A stretch of 64,000 bases of DNA from Ignavibacteriales bacterium (GCA_037441705.1 JBBIRR010000011.1:1-64000), one strand, 5' to 3'. Numbered from the stretch's first letter, positions 1 through 10,558 are shown. Notes: generated by a model not told the origin, from the letters alone. Numbers and translations are program-made.

Positions 1-33
1 TCCGAGACGAAGAAGATGCTGCTGATGAAATAG
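1..33 (+). CDS. 3' end of an upstream T9SS CTD-bearing protein (partial)
   Basis: Frame 1 reads SETKKMLLMK-stop, matching the KKMLLxK terminus of T9SS type A CTDs (compare KKMLLLK at 6118). Confidence 0.75.
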   Translation, partial: SETKKMLLMK

Positions 34-69
34 GATCACCGATGGACGTGGAGTCCATCTGCCTGAATG

Positions 70-108
70 CAAGCTACCCATCAACACGGTGGGTAGCTTG
101 TTTTTTTG
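70..108 (+). terminator. Intrinsic terminator
   Basis: CAAGCTACCCA / TGGGTAGCTTG perfect 11-bp stem followed by TTTTTTT. Confidence 0.85.
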
Positions 109-538
109 TGGGAGGGAAATCGAGGATTCTACGCGCGACCTCGAGATTTTGAGACCGCCTTAAGACTCTTCGTTGTGGCACCGGCCGCCGCAGCATCGCT
201 GAAGGCGACGATCGCTTCACGTCACGAACGGTGTACAACCTTTCAGCTTTTTGCACCGAAAAGCTTGACTTTTTGTAGAACTTTTTCTAAATGAAATCAA
301 CCTGATAACCAAACCGCAATCCTCCCTCGCGGGAGTGGTATCCGCTACAAAAAAAAGACCACAAGGTCATCGCCGGATCATCTGGCATACTCGAAACGAC
401 AACAATCGCAGTCCGCAGGGATTCACCCTATCCAAACAGCGTGAATATTCAAGCGATGGGATTGTACACCTGTATGGCTGAGCCTGAATTGGAGCTACAA
501 TCAGTTCTCATCACACAACCCACAAAAGGAGGAACGCC

Positions 539-3500
539 ATGAAGCGTCTTTCAACTCTTTGTGTCCTTGTTGGTTTGTCCATCCTTCTTTGCAACTCGAG
601 CTTTGCCCAGCTCTCCGGCACGAAGACGATCCCGGGTGATTACGCGACGCTCGCCGCCGCCATCGCTGATTTGAACACGCAGGGTGTTGGCTCGGGCGGT
701 GTCACGTTCAATGTATCGGCGGGGTACACGGAGACAGCCCCGGCCGGTGGTTTTGTCATCACTGCGCAAGGCACTTCGGCCAATCCCATTGTCTTCCAAA
801 AAAGCGGCGTGGGTACAAACCCGACCTTTACTGCTCCAGCACCTCAGACGGCCGGCAATCTCAACGATGCGATCTTCAAACTTGTTGGTGCGGATTACGT
901 GACTCTCAACGGGTTCACCATGTTAGAAAACGCGGCGAATAGCATTACCACCGCTGGGTCGAATGACATGACTGAGTGGGGCGTGGCGTTGCTCTCTGCC
1001 GACAGCACCAACGGCGCACAGAATAACACAATCAAGAATTGCACGATCCAGCTGAAGCGCATCTACCAGAACACCTTCGGTATCTACAGCAACGCAACGC
1101 ATACGGCGACAACCATCTCCACGGCACTTGGAGGGACTTCGAGTGCCGTATCGCACAGTGGATTGACAATCCAAGGCAACACGATTGACAGCGTCAACAT
1201 AGGCATTGTGGTCATTGGTCCCACTGCGGCCACAGCGCATAACGTTGGACTGGATATTGGCGGTTCCAGTGCCGCAACCGGTAACACGATCATGCGGTAC
1301 GGCACGACCGGGACCTTCTCCTCGTACCTGAACGTCTCCGGCACGGTCAACGGGATTCTGGTTCGCAACACGAACAATTTCAACATCTCCTACAACACGA
1401 TTCAGAGTTCCGACGGCGGGACGACAAGCGGCACGCTGCGTGGAATTTATGTGCCATCGTTTTCCGTTGCTCCAACGGGGACGTTTACGAACAATATCAA
1501 TAATAACAGCATTTCGCTGCGGAGTGCCGTTGCTGGAGGTGCAATGCTGGGAATTGCTGTCGAGTCAAGTACCAGCACTGCGACATCAACGACGAACATC
1601 AACAATAATGACTTCAACAACACGACGCACACAGTGGCAGCGTCGGGAGCCATCACGTTCATATCGTTCGTTGGTTCATCCACAACCGGTCCACTCACCT
1701 CAAGCGTCAACAACAACACGTTTACGAACCTGACGGTCAACACCACCGGTAGTGTCACATTTATATCAAGTAGCTGGACAGCACCAACCGGCAGCGTCAA
1801 AAATATAAATGGCAATTCCATTGTCACAGGTTTCAACAAAACCGGCGCAGGTGGAACGGTCACGTTTTATACGGACAACGGCAGTGACCCTGCAGGTTCG
1901 ATTATCAATAACGTCGGCAACAACTTCTCTAATATTACCGTCACCGGTGCTACGACGATCGCCGGCTGGAGCAATACCCAAGGCGGGTCGCCTACCAAGA
2001 ACGTCAACAACAACACCTTCAGCAACATAACTGGCGGGACGGGTTCTATTACAGTGCTGAACCTCAACTATGGGGAAAACGATGCCTCAGATAACACGAT
2101 CAGTAATATCACCGGTGCGGGCGCGATTACGGGAATTGCACGCGGCTCATCCGGCATTGTTAACACAAATGAAATATCTTCCAACACCATCTCAGGGCTT
2201 TCATCTTCGGGTGCTGCGACGGTTACCGGGATATCCATCGGAGGTGCCGCCGGTACCATAAACAACGTGTTTAAGAACAGAATCTACGACCTTGAGAACA
2301 CGAATGCCGGCGGAACGGTCTTCGGGATAACCCTGTCGGGTGGCACCACGCTCAATGTCTATAACAATCTTATCGGAGACCTGCGGGCGCCGAACGCCAC
2401 CACAGCAACAAACGTCGATGCGATTCGCGGGATAAGCATTACATCCACTACATCGACATCGAATATCAATCTCTACTACAACTCGGTGTACATCAATGCA
2501 AGTTCAACCGGTGCGAATTTTTACACGTCCGGCATCTTCCACACCACCAGTACTACCGCAACAACAGCCGCATTGGACATGCGGAACAATGTTATTGTTA
2601 ACACATCCACACCCAGTGGAACGGGACTGACGGTTGCGTACAGGCGTTCCAGCACGACGCTGACGAACTACGCGTCAAGTTCCAACAACAATGCCTTCTA
2701 TGCCGGTACGCCGGGAGCTGCCAATCTGATTTTCTACGATGGCACGAACTCCGATCAAACAATTGCTGCTTTCAAAACACGTGTAAGTCCGCGGGAAGTG
2801 GCATCGTTCTCGGAGAATCCTCCGTTTATTAGCACCAGCGGATCAAACCCCAACTTTCTGCACATCAGCACATCAACGGCGACACAGTTGGAAAGCGGAG
2901 GGCAGCCGATTAGCGGAATTACAGACGACTACGATGGTGACGTGCGCAATGCATCGACGCCCGATGTAGGCGCCGATGAGTTTGCGGGTATTGGGATTGA
3001 CCTCTCACCACCAAACATTTTATACACCCCGTTAGCCAATACCGGCAGCACGGGCAACCGCAATCTCACAGCAACCATCACCGATGCTTCGGGAGTCGGT
3101 ACGGGTGCCGGGGCGCCGCGCATCTACTTCCGTAAAGGGGCAGGTGGTTCATGGAACAGCGCCACTGCCACGACGGTGGTCGGTGACGACTACACGTTCA
3201 CGATTAACGCAGCAGCAATGGGCGGGTTGACCGGCGGCGACACGGTGTTCTACTACGTAGCAGCTCAGGACAACGCTCCCACGCCAAACAGCGGTACGAA
3301 TCCTGCAGGGGGCAGCGGTATCAATCCGCCCGGCTCCACCCCGCCATCGTCCCCCAATTTCTATACAATTCTCGTGGTGATCTCAACATTCCCTTATACG
3401 GAGAATTTCGAGGATTCACCGGCACCGATCGGCGGCGACGAGCCTATGACCGGCGGACTGGGCTGGACAACGGGTATTGTCAGCGGAAGTGCGAACGACT

Positions 3501-6118
3501 GGGTACGAGGTACACCTGCAAAGACTCAAATCTCCGCTGCACACGGCGGCACGAAAGCATACGTCACGCTGGCGACAGGCAATTATGCTAATAGCCAGAA
3601 CTCGTTCCTCCAGTCGCCCATCTTCGATTTCAGCAGCGTGACGGGCAATCCAGTCCTCTCGTTCTGGCAGAATTTCAAGACAGAATCTAATTTCGACGGA
3701 GGCGTGTTGGAGTACTCGACCGATGGCGGTACTGTGTGGCGGAGAGTTGATAGTACACTCGGAACCGGCCCGACATTCAACACAACAAACAGCACCGGCT
3801 GGTATAATAACAGCAGCACGTTTGGTCCGCTTGTACCACCAAAGTGGAGCGGTACATCTACCGAATACACGGGGCACTCATCGGGGTGGATTCAATCCAC
3901 CACCACATTAGTTGGGTTTGGCGGGCTTTCCGACGTGCGGTTCCGATGGAGATTCGCGAGTGATGGTTCTGTAAATGATGAGGGGTGGGCAATTGATGAT
4001 GTGATGATTACGACGCCGCTTGCGAATGATGCCGGGGCACAGCTGGTGACGCGGTATCCTAGTGCCGGAGTAGCGGTAGGGCAACCGGTGATCTTCCACG
4101 CGCTGATTAAGAACTTCGGAACTGCGGCGCAGGCAAGCATCCCGGTAAGTTATAGCGTCAACGGCGGAGCGCCCGTCGGTCCGGTGAATGCCACAGGACT
4201 GGGACCCGGCGATACCGTAACGGTAAGCTTTACGAGTTTTCCGTTCACTCCAAGCGTCCCCGGCATTTATGTTGTGAAAGTGTTCACGCAACTCGCCGGA
4301 GACGGCAATGCTGCAAACGACACTGCCTCGACATTCTTCGGTGCTCAGGTGCCGATATCAACATTTCCCTATATCGAGAAGTTTACGAATCCTGTGGACT
4401 GGGTAACGGGCGGTGACTTCAACTGGGTGCTTGCTACCACAGCCACCGGGGCGGGCGGTGCAACTCCCGACACTGCTGCTGGCGCGCCTTTCTACAGTGA
4501 AACCGGTTTCAGTTACCTGGCGTCGCCGTTGATAAATCTGCCGTCCACTCTTTCTGCAAACGGTGCCGGCGGTGTGTTCTTGTCGTTCCATGTGGCATAC
4601 CGGACCTTCACTACAGAAGACGACTCTCTCAAAATCTACATCTCGACGGACGGAGGAATGACGATCACGGGTCCTGTGTTTGCAAAGTCCTACGCCAGCA
4701 CTCCCTCGCTGGCAACGCTACCGGCCTCGACAAGTTCCTTCGTACCTGCTGCGGCGACTGACTGGCGTCATGAGACCGTGAACCTTAGTGCCTATGCGGG
4801 TATGAACAATGTTGTTCTGGTATTTTGGGGAGTGAGTGATTTTGGTAATAATTGCTTTATAGATAATGTGCAGGTGTACCAATCGAGCGATGTCTTCAGT
4901 CAAGTTGTGTCTGGTACGGGAGTGATCAACGGTCCACAAGGTGTTTCGGTGAACTTTACGTCGTTTACTGTACCGCCTGAACATCCCGAAGGGGCAACGA
5001 TACGGCATCTTCCTATGCACAGCATCAAGTTGCGCGATGTGACTTTCAACGGCTTGCGCGTAGGCACTCTGCATCAGGGAGAAAAGAAAGGCTATGTCGC
5101 TCGCAAGCAAGAAGGGAAGCCGAAGAATACGCCAAACGTTCCCGGCGGTACCGCATACTTTGCGTGGTTCACAGGCTATCCGCCTACGCTTTCCACGCCG
5201 GAGTTTGCAACAAACACAACCGCAACCACTCCCGATGGAAGCATCTTTACGCCCAACGTTGTTTCCGACAATAAGTGGTGGACGATCACCTATTCGGGGG
5301 ATGATTACAATGGTCGTGCAACGTACAATGTTTCCATCGACATTACAGGGATGCAGGGCATCAACGATCCGGATAAGCTCTACATCCTTAAACGAGCCAC
5401 AAGCACCGCACCGTGGGTTGCCATAAGCACAACCCGCAGCGGTAACGTGCTCACCGCATCGGGTTTGCAGGGCTTTTCCGATTTCGGCGTTGGGTCGGAT
5501 AACACGATCAACCCTCTTCCCATCGTCCTTGGCTCGTTCACGGCGCGCATCAATCCTAACGGTCCCGGTGTGCTGTTGGAGTGGATGACCATCAGCGAAA
5601 TCAACAATTACGGCTTCTACGTCCAGCGCCGCCGCGATAACGAGCAGCAATGGACGGAGCTGCCGGGCTTCGTGCCAGGCCACGGTACCACGACCGAGCC
5701 GCAGTACTATTCGTATGTGGACAATACGATCACCGAGATCGGCTTGTATCACTATCGGCTGCGGCAGGTGGATTTGGACGGCACGTCGCACTTCACGCCG
5801 GCAATCTCGATTAACATTACCTCGCTGACGTCGGTGGAGGAGGTAGCGCCGCGGGTGTTCCAGTTGCTGCAGAACTATCCGAACCCGTTCAACCCGACGA
5901 CCACGATCAAGTTCTCCGTGGAGACCACAGCGCCGACGAAGCTGGAGCTGTATAATGTGTTGGGTCAGAAAGTAGCGACGCTGTTCGATGACGTGGCCGA
6001 AGCAGGCAAGTACTATCGGGTAAATGTGGATGGATCGAGCCTGGCAAGCGGGATGTATTTGTACCGTTTGCATAGCGGCGATCGGACGGACCTCAAGAAG
6101 ATGCTCTTGCTGAAGTGA
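539..6118 (+). CDS. Large T9SS-secreted surface protein: parallel beta-helix repeats, MAM/cleaved-adhesin-like domains, CARDB-like domain, T9SS CTD
   Basis: AGGAGG RBS; signal peptide; N/T/S/G-rich 'NNNTFSNIT' repeats; 'DYDGDVRNASTPDVGADEF'; two 'FPYxExF...SPxxxxS...LSF...STDGG' domains; C-terminal 'QNYPNPFNPTTTIKF...LASGMYLYRL...KKMLLLK'. Confidence 0.85.
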   Translation: MKRLSTLCVLVGLSILLCNSSFAQLSGTKTIPGDYATLAAAIADLNTQGVGSGGVTFNVSAGYTETAPAGGFVITAQGTSANPIVFQKSGVGTNPTFTAPAPQTAGNLNDAIFKLVGADYVTLNGFTMLENAANSITTAGSNDMTEWGVALLSADSTNGAQNNTIKNCTIQLKRIYQNTFGIYSNATHTATTISTALGGTSSAVSHSGLTIQGNTIDSVNIGIVVIGPTAATAHNVGLDIGGSSAATGNTIMRYGTTGTFSSYLNVSGTVNGILVRNTNNFNISYNTIQSSDGGTTSGTLRGIYVPSFSVAPTGTFTNNINNNSISLRSAVAGGAMLGIAVESSTSTATSTTNINNNDFNNTTHTVAASGAITFISFVGSSTTGPLTSSVNNNTFTNLTVNTTGSVTFISSSWTAPTGSVKNINGNSIVTGFNKTGAGGTVTFYTDNGSDPAGSIINNVGNNFSNITVTGATTIAGWSNTQGGSPTKNVNNNTFSNITGGTGSITVLNLNYGENDASDNTISNITGAGAITGIARGSSGIVNTNEISSNTISGLSSSGAATVTGISIGGAAGTINNVFKNRIYDLENTNAGGTVFGITLSGGTTLNVYNNLIGDLRAPNATTATNVDAIRGISITSTTSTSNINLYYNSVYINASSTGANFYTSGIFHTTSTTATTAALDMRNNVIVNTSTPSGTGLTVAYRRSSTTLTNYASSSNNNAFYAGTPGAANLIFYDGTNSDQTIAAFKTRVSPREVASFSENPPFISTSGSNPNFLHISTSTATQLESGGQPISGITDDYDGDVRNASTPDVGADEFAGIGIDLSPPNILYTPLANTGSTGNRNLTATITDASGVGTGAGAPRIYFRKGAGGSWNSATATTVVGDDYTFTINAAAMGGLTGGDTVFYYVAAQDNAPTPNSGTNPAGGSGINPPGSTPPSSPNFYTILVVISTFPYTENFEDSPAPIGGDEPMTGGLGWTTGIVSGSANDWVRGTPAKTQISAAHGGTKAYVTLATGNYANSQNSFLQSPIFDFSSVTGNPVLSFWQNFKTESNFDGGVLEYSTDGGTVWRRVDSTLGTGPTFNTTNSTGWYNNSSTFGPLVPPKWSGTSTEYTGHSSGWIQSTTTLVGFGGLSDVRFRWRFASDGSVNDEGWAIDDVMITTPLANDAGAQLVTRYPSAGVAVGQPVIFHALIKNFGTAAQASIPVSYSVNGGAPVGPVNATGLGPGDTVTVSFTSFPFTPSVPGIYVVKVFTQLAGDGNAANDTASTFFGAQVPISTFPYIEKFTNPVDWVTGGDFNWVLATTATGAGGATPDTAAGAPFYSETGFSYLASPLINLPSTLSANGAGGVFLSFHVAYRTFTTEDDSLKIYISTDGGMTITGPVFAKSYASTPSLATLPASTSSFVPAAATDWRHETVNLSAYAGMNNVVLVFWGVSDFGNNCFIDNVQVYQSSDVFSQVVSGTGVINGPQGVSVNFTSFTVPPEHPEGATIRHLPMHSIKLRDVTFNGLRVGTLHQGEKKGYVARKQEGKPKNTPNVPGGTAYFAWFTGYPPTLSTPEFATNTTATTPDGSIFTPNVVSDNKWWTITYSGDDYNGRATYNVSIDITGMQGINDPDKLYILKRATSTAPWVAISTTRSGNVLTASGLQGFSDFGVGSDNTINPLPIVLGSFTARINPNGPGVLLEWMTISEINNYGFYVQRRRDNEQQWTELPGFVPGHGTTTEPQYYSYVDNTITEIGLYHYRLRQVDLDGTSHFTPAISINITSLTSVEEVAPRVFQLLQNYPNPFNPTTTIKFSVETTAPTKLELYNVLGQKVATLFDDVAEAGKYYRVNVDGSSLASGMYLYRLHSGDRTDLKKMLLLK

Positions 6119-6133
6119 CGCCTCGTGTCTGCG

Positions 6134-6173
6134 ATGCACCCCGCTCATTCCTTGCAGCGGGGTGCATTGTTCT
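6134..6173 (+). terminator. Hairpin / likely terminator after the T9SS protein gene
   Basis: ATGCACCCCGCT / AGCGGGGTGCAT perfect 12-bp stem, weak T-tail (TGTTCT). Confidence 0.6.
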
Positions 6174-6467
6174 GGCGTGCATCCTGGCTGAGCATTCCTT
6201 CTGAACGCTTATGGTTCCTGAGGATCGTTTTACACGGTGCGATTTGTTGTGCGTGCTGTACGTTGTGCCGCTGCTGCTTTTTGGGTTCGATGATGAACCG
6301 CAGCCGGGGTCGGCATCAATTCCTCCCGCCACTCCGCCGGCGGCGGAACAGGTTGCTGTGACCCGACTCGAATCTTCGCCTTCGAAAACAGAGGGATCCC
6401 AACGCTCCGGCGTGACAGTACCGCAGGCAGGTCGGGTTCATCACGAAGGATTTCGTTGAGAGGGTTG

Positions 6468-8510
6468 TTAGCGGCGGAGAGTGTTGAGTTGCCTCAGCAG
6501 CTCCCGCGCATCAGCGTAGTCGGGTTGAATGGCGAGTGAGCGTTCAAGCTGCAATTTTGCCTCCGTGATGTTGCCGAGCTTGGCGTACGCAACGGCGAGC
6601 AGATAGCGTCCCGATGCCGCCCCCTGCGCCGAAAGTTTGTCCGACGCGTGCTCGTTCACCTGAAATGCAAGCCGGAGTTGCTGAAGCGCCGAATCGGGTT
6701 TCTCTTCTTCGAGATAACGCCAGCCCAGTTTCATCCTGCCAAATGGATTGTCCTCCGTAGTCACACACCGCCAGTAGGCCGCTTTTGCTTCGGCCATCTT
6801 GCCTTCGCGCGCGAAATAGTCCGCAATGCGCAGGAGAGGATTGTACGAGAAGGGAATGACTTTCGAGACCGCGAAGCATTCGTTACGTGCACGATCGAAC
6901 TCGCCCGCTGCAGCGTATGCCTCGGCGAGTGCATAACGAGCATCCGACCACGCGACGGCTCCCTGAACGTAGCGGTAGGCGATCTCTTCCACGATGGTTT
7001 TCGGCGAGAATGTGAAGGGCTGTTCGACCTTCTGGAACGGCCACTTGTGCATCAGCAGATCAATCTTCAACCGTCCCACGACGCTGTCGAACGGCGAGGC
7101 GGCGGAAAGTTGCATGTACTCCGCGTCCGTTTTGTCCTGATCAATGCGCCATGCGCTGCGCGGGACAAGCATGCCGCTGGCCATGATCGTTTGGCACCAT
7201 GTCTTCGCCATCAAAAAGTAGCCGTTGATATTGGGGTGAAGATGTTCGAGAATCAGCTCGGTGCCCACGATCCCGTGAGGAGAGTTGGCCGCAAAGGAGG
7301 AATCGACGCGTGAGACGGCGGCCCCCAACGCAGAGCAGATGCGAAGCAATTCGTCCTGGAACTCCTCCGTCATGCGGAAACGGAGCGCATCGAGGTCTTT
7401 GGCGCGCGTCAGCGCTCTTCTGGCCTCATCGAACCGGGATGCTTCATAGAGCGTTCGGCCGAGCTTGAAGAATGCTTCCGCGTTCATCGTGTCAAGCACG
7501 GTGGCGCGGCGGTACTGGTCGATTGCCGCAGCCAGCTCGTGATGGGCAATCAACGAATCGCCGGCGTGCATACAGGTCCGCCACGCGGTTTTCACGTTGT
7601 CGCTCGTCCCGCCTGCAAACACCGACTCGAACGGGGGATGGTCCTTCAGGTTGCTGACAAGTGCGCTGACGACAATCGGAACGCTCCTTCTCGCAGCAGC
7701 AGCGATGATGCGTTCGAGATTCTCGCGGTAGGTGATTCGCGCCTGCTCATACAAGGGACTTTTGTAAGGAATGATTTGTTCACCAACCACCTGTCCCATC
7801 AGCGTCGCGTTTTCTGCAGGACGGCGAGGAGGTGTGATCGCCTCTCGCACTGCAAAGTAGGCATCCCGAAGAAGCAGAAATGTCTTGAACTTCAGCAAAC
7901 CGATTGCGAACCGTGTGAGCGTCGGGCTTCCGCTCATGGCCACGCGTGAGCCGACGCCGTAGGCGCCATAGAACTCATTGTGCCCCAGGTAGAGAACGAA
8001 CAAATCCGGCTCGTAGTCCATTAGTTCATCCATGAAGTCTAACACAACAAAACTCCCCACGGCCGACAGCCCGACGTTGATGACTTCGATGTTGTATTGA
8101 GGAAGGAGATTTTGCAGTCTGTCTCGCAGGAATCCCGGCGCCGTGGTGTTGAACTCGTACGGAAATCCTGCCATCGTGGACTCGCCGAGGCAGAAGATGC
8201 GCTTGGTGTTCTTGCGCTTCACAATCTCGAACACATCATCCGCAGGTTCGGGGATGATCGTTCCCGCCTGAGCGAAGTACCGTCTCCCGACTGCGCGATT
8301 GATTGAGTAGAACGACTTGCCTCCCATCTGTCGCTTGACGACCAGACGCAAGTCGCCGCCGTAGTCGGCGATGCGTAATCCAAACTCGAGAAGGCCGAGC
8401 AAAAGGAATGGGAAGAGAATGGTCAGAAAGAGAAAAATCCTTCTGCGGCGCGGAGTCAATTCTGCTGCGCGCTCTCCGGAGGTGCGCCGTTTGGACGCTG
8501 GTTTACTCAT
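6468..8510 (-). CDS. Membrane-anchored SGNH/GDSL-like hydrolase with TPR repeats
   Basis: N-terminal TM; block I 'FCLGEST', block III 'GHNE', block V 'EHLHPN'; C-terminal TPR helices. Confidence 0.8.
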   Translation of the reverse strand: MSKPASKRRTSGERAAELTPRRRRIFLFLTILFPFLLLGLLEFGLRIADYGGDLRLVVKRQMGGKSFYSINRAVGRRYFAQAGTIIPEPADDVFEIVKRKNTKRIFCLGESTMAGFPYEFNTTAPGFLRDRLQNLLPQYNIEVINVGLSAVGSFVVLDFMDELMDYEPDLFVLYLGHNEFYGAYGVGSRVAMSGSPTLTRFAIGLLKFKTFLLLRDAYFAVREAITPPRRPAENATLMGQVVGEQIIPYKSPLYEQARITYRENLERIIAAAARRSVPIVVSALVSNLKDHPPFESVFAGGTSDNVKTAWRTCMHAGDSLIAHHELAAAIDQYRRATVLDTMNAEAFFKLGRTLYEASRFDEARRALTRAKDLDALRFRMTEEFQDELLRICSALGAAVSRVDSSFAANSPHGIVGTELILEHLHPNINGYFLMAKTWCQTIMASGMLVPRSAWRIDQDKTDAEYMQLSAASPFDSVVGRLKIDLLMHKWPFQKVEQPFTFSPKTIVEEIAYRYVQGAVAWSDARYALAEAYAAAGEFDRARNECFAVSKVIPFSYNPLLRIADYFAREGKMAEAKAAYWRCVTTEDNPFGRMKLGWRYLEEEKPDSALQQLRLAFQVNEHASDKLSAQGAASGRYLLAVAYAKLGNITEAKLQLERSLAIQPDYADARELLRQLNTLRR

Positions 8511-10498
8511 TGCACCGCGGGTTGAAGATGAGCGAGCAACTGGCGAGCAGGGCCAAAATCAGGCTGGAGTGCGAGAATTGCGCGAAGCTCTTGGATTGCC
8601 TTTTCCGTTCGACTGTCCCGCGCGTAGGCCTGAGCAAGCAGGAATCCGGACTCGATCTTCTCCTGCCGGCTGCCGGCGAGTTGCTGAGCGTGCTGGAAGA
8701 AGTCGATCGCAACGGGCGGGTCCAGCGCAAGCATGCCGAGCGTACGGTAGGCGAAGTAGGTCTTCTGCACGTCGAGCGAACGGACGAGGATGCCGGCAGC
8801 GTCGAGATTCTTGTTCTGCCGCAGATAGACTTGTCCCAGCAGAAGATAGGCGGAGACATTCAACGGGATCTGATTGATGAGAGCCTTGTACTCGCGCTCC
8901 ACCGCGGGGTAGTCGTTGCGGCGGGCATAGTGCTCGGCCGCGGTCACGTGGCCCTGCTCCCATGTGATGAGGCCGCGCACCATCTGTTCGGCAATCACGC
9001 CGATGGTATCTTTCGGATCGATTGCGGGAACGGGCTGCTCTTCGGACTGGAACGGCCAGCCGGATGTCAGGAGAGCAAGACGCCGCTGCGCGCAGCGTTC
9101 ATCAAGCGGCGTCAAGGCACGTTCGTTCCACAGACGTTCATCGTCGAGGTTGTCGCGTCGATTCCACTCGTCATCCGTGTGCACGATGAGTTTGCGCCAG
9201 TGCATCTTCCACGCATACTCCTTGGCAATCAAGAAATATCCTCGGGCATTAGGATGCAGATGTTCGAGGATAAGCCCGTTTCCGATGAGCGAGTCCGGAG
9301 AGTTTGCCTTGAACTTCCGTTCGATGTCAACGAATGTAACAAGCCTGTCGTCATCCATCTGTCGGAGCAGGGCGTTGAAGTCGCTGCTTGTGCGAAAGCG
9401 CAGCATATCGTAGTCACGCGCTTTCACGTAGTGAGCGAGCGCCTCACGTTTGCGTCCGAGGGTGTCCAGGCAGCGTGCAAGGGAGTACTGGGCATCTGCA
9501 TGGAGGGAGTCCACGTTGAGTGCAGCCTGAAATTCGTTCAGGGCTTCGGCAAATCTGCCTTCACGCATCAGCTTCTTGCCGTTCGAGTATCGGAGTTCGA
9601 ATGATGCGAGAGGTGTTGCGTTCTCGGCGCGGGAGACGAAGGGCGGTTGGTCTCGCACGTTAGAAACCTGCGCGCCGAGAAAGAGAGGTATCCCGTGGTC
9701 CCTGCATAGCTCAACCAGGTCCTGGACGTTGTCTCTGAAAATCTCATAACCTTTCCAATAGAGATCGCTGCCGTAGGGAATGTACTTTCCGCGTGCAAGC
9801 CGCTCCATCATCGTCCCGCGCTGTGCCTCGTCTGCATCCGCTTGAAACAGGTGCATCGCGCCGAAGTAGATGTCGCGCAGCAGTTGGAACGTCCGAAAGT
9901 GGACGAGCCGGAGATAGAGTTTGGTGAGCCAGCGCGAACCGAACACCGACTCGCGGGACGCCACGCCCAACGCGCCATAGAATTCGTTGTGTCCGTCGTA
10001 GACGATGAAGAGATCCGGCTGGTAATCGACAAGCTCACGGGCAAGATCAAGAACGGTGAAGCTGTTCGTTGCCGTCATGCCGAGGTTGATCACCTCGATG
10101 CGCCATTCGGGAAACATCGCCTTCAACCGATCGCGCAGAAACGTCGAGAACGATCCGACGAAGCTGTACGGAAACCCTGCAGTGGTCGAACCGCCGAGGC
10201 AGAAGATGCGGAACGTGCTGTCCGGCTTCGGCATCTGAAAATGATCGAGCGAGGTGTTCGGAGTGAAATCAACGCGAGCGAAGTAGCGGCCCTTCACGTC
10301 CGGGTTGACAAAGCAGTACTGCTTGCCGTTGATGGTCTCGGTGGTGAAGAGCGACAGGTCGCTGCCGTAGCGTGCACGTCGCAGGATGAACTCCGTCAGC
10401 GATAGGAAGATGATGGGAAACAGAAGTGTGAACAGAAGAAACGCGCGGCGTTTTGCTTTCGATAGCTCGCGTGCTGTTGACTCTTTGCGCCGATTCAC
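8507..10498 (-). CDS. Second SGNH/GDSL-like hydrolase with TPR repeats (tandem paralog)
   Basis: 'FCLGGST', 'GHNE', 'EHLHPN'; aligns by eye with the neighbour. Start moved to GTG 10498 because a promoter-like motif occupies 10530-10558. 4-nt overlap with the next gene. Confidence 0.8.
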   Translation of the reverse strand: MNRRKESTARELSKAKRRAFLLFTLLFPIIFLSLTEFILRRARYGSDLSLFTTETINGKQYCFVNPDVKGRYFARVDFTPNTSLDHFQMPKPDSTFRIFCLGGSTTAGFPYSFVGSFSTFLRDRLKAMFPEWRIEVINLGMTATNSFTVLDLARELVDYQPDLFIVYDGHNEFYGALGVASRESVFGSRWLTKLYLRLVHFRTFQLLRDIYFGAMHLFQADADEAQRGTMMERLARGKYIPYGSDLYWKGYEIFRDNVQDLVELCRDHGIPLFLGAQVSNVRDQPPFVSRAENATPLASFELRYSNGKKLMREGRFAEALNEFQAALNVDSLHADAQYSLARCLDTLGRKREALAHYVKARDYDMLRFRTSSDFNALLRQMDDDRLVTFVDIERKFKANSPDSLIGNGLILEHLHPNARGYFLIAKEYAWKMHWRKLIVHTDDEWNRRDNLDDERLWNERALTPLDERCAQRRLALLTSGWPFQSEEQPVPAIDPKDTIGVIAEQMVRGLITWEQGHVTAAEHYARRNDYPAVEREYKALINQIPLNVSAYLLLGQVYLRQNKNLDAAGILVRSLDVQKTYFAYRTLGMLALDPPVAIDFFQHAQQLAGSRQEKIESGFLLAQAYARDSRTEKAIQELRAILALQPDFGPARQLLAHLQPAVQ

Positions 10499-10529
10499 TG
10501 AAGTCCGATTGATGAAGAGACGTCGTTTC

Positions 10530-10558
10530 AATATAGAAGGTTCTGGTCGAAAACCCAA
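10530..10558 (-). promoter_or_regulatory. sigma70-like promoter of the SGNH-TPR pair
   Basis: Minus strand TTGGGT-17-TATATT. Confidence 0.5.

Noticed and set aside
4718-6148. 476-aa minus-strand ORF (likewise 8408-9604, 18283-19572, 25918-27159, 56479-57723)
   Set aside because: All lie antisense to well-supported genes and lack recognisable domains.
6211-6459. 82-aa ORF in the gap after the T9SS gene
   Set aside because: No RBS or recognisable motif; cannot be supported, though a small protein is not excluded.
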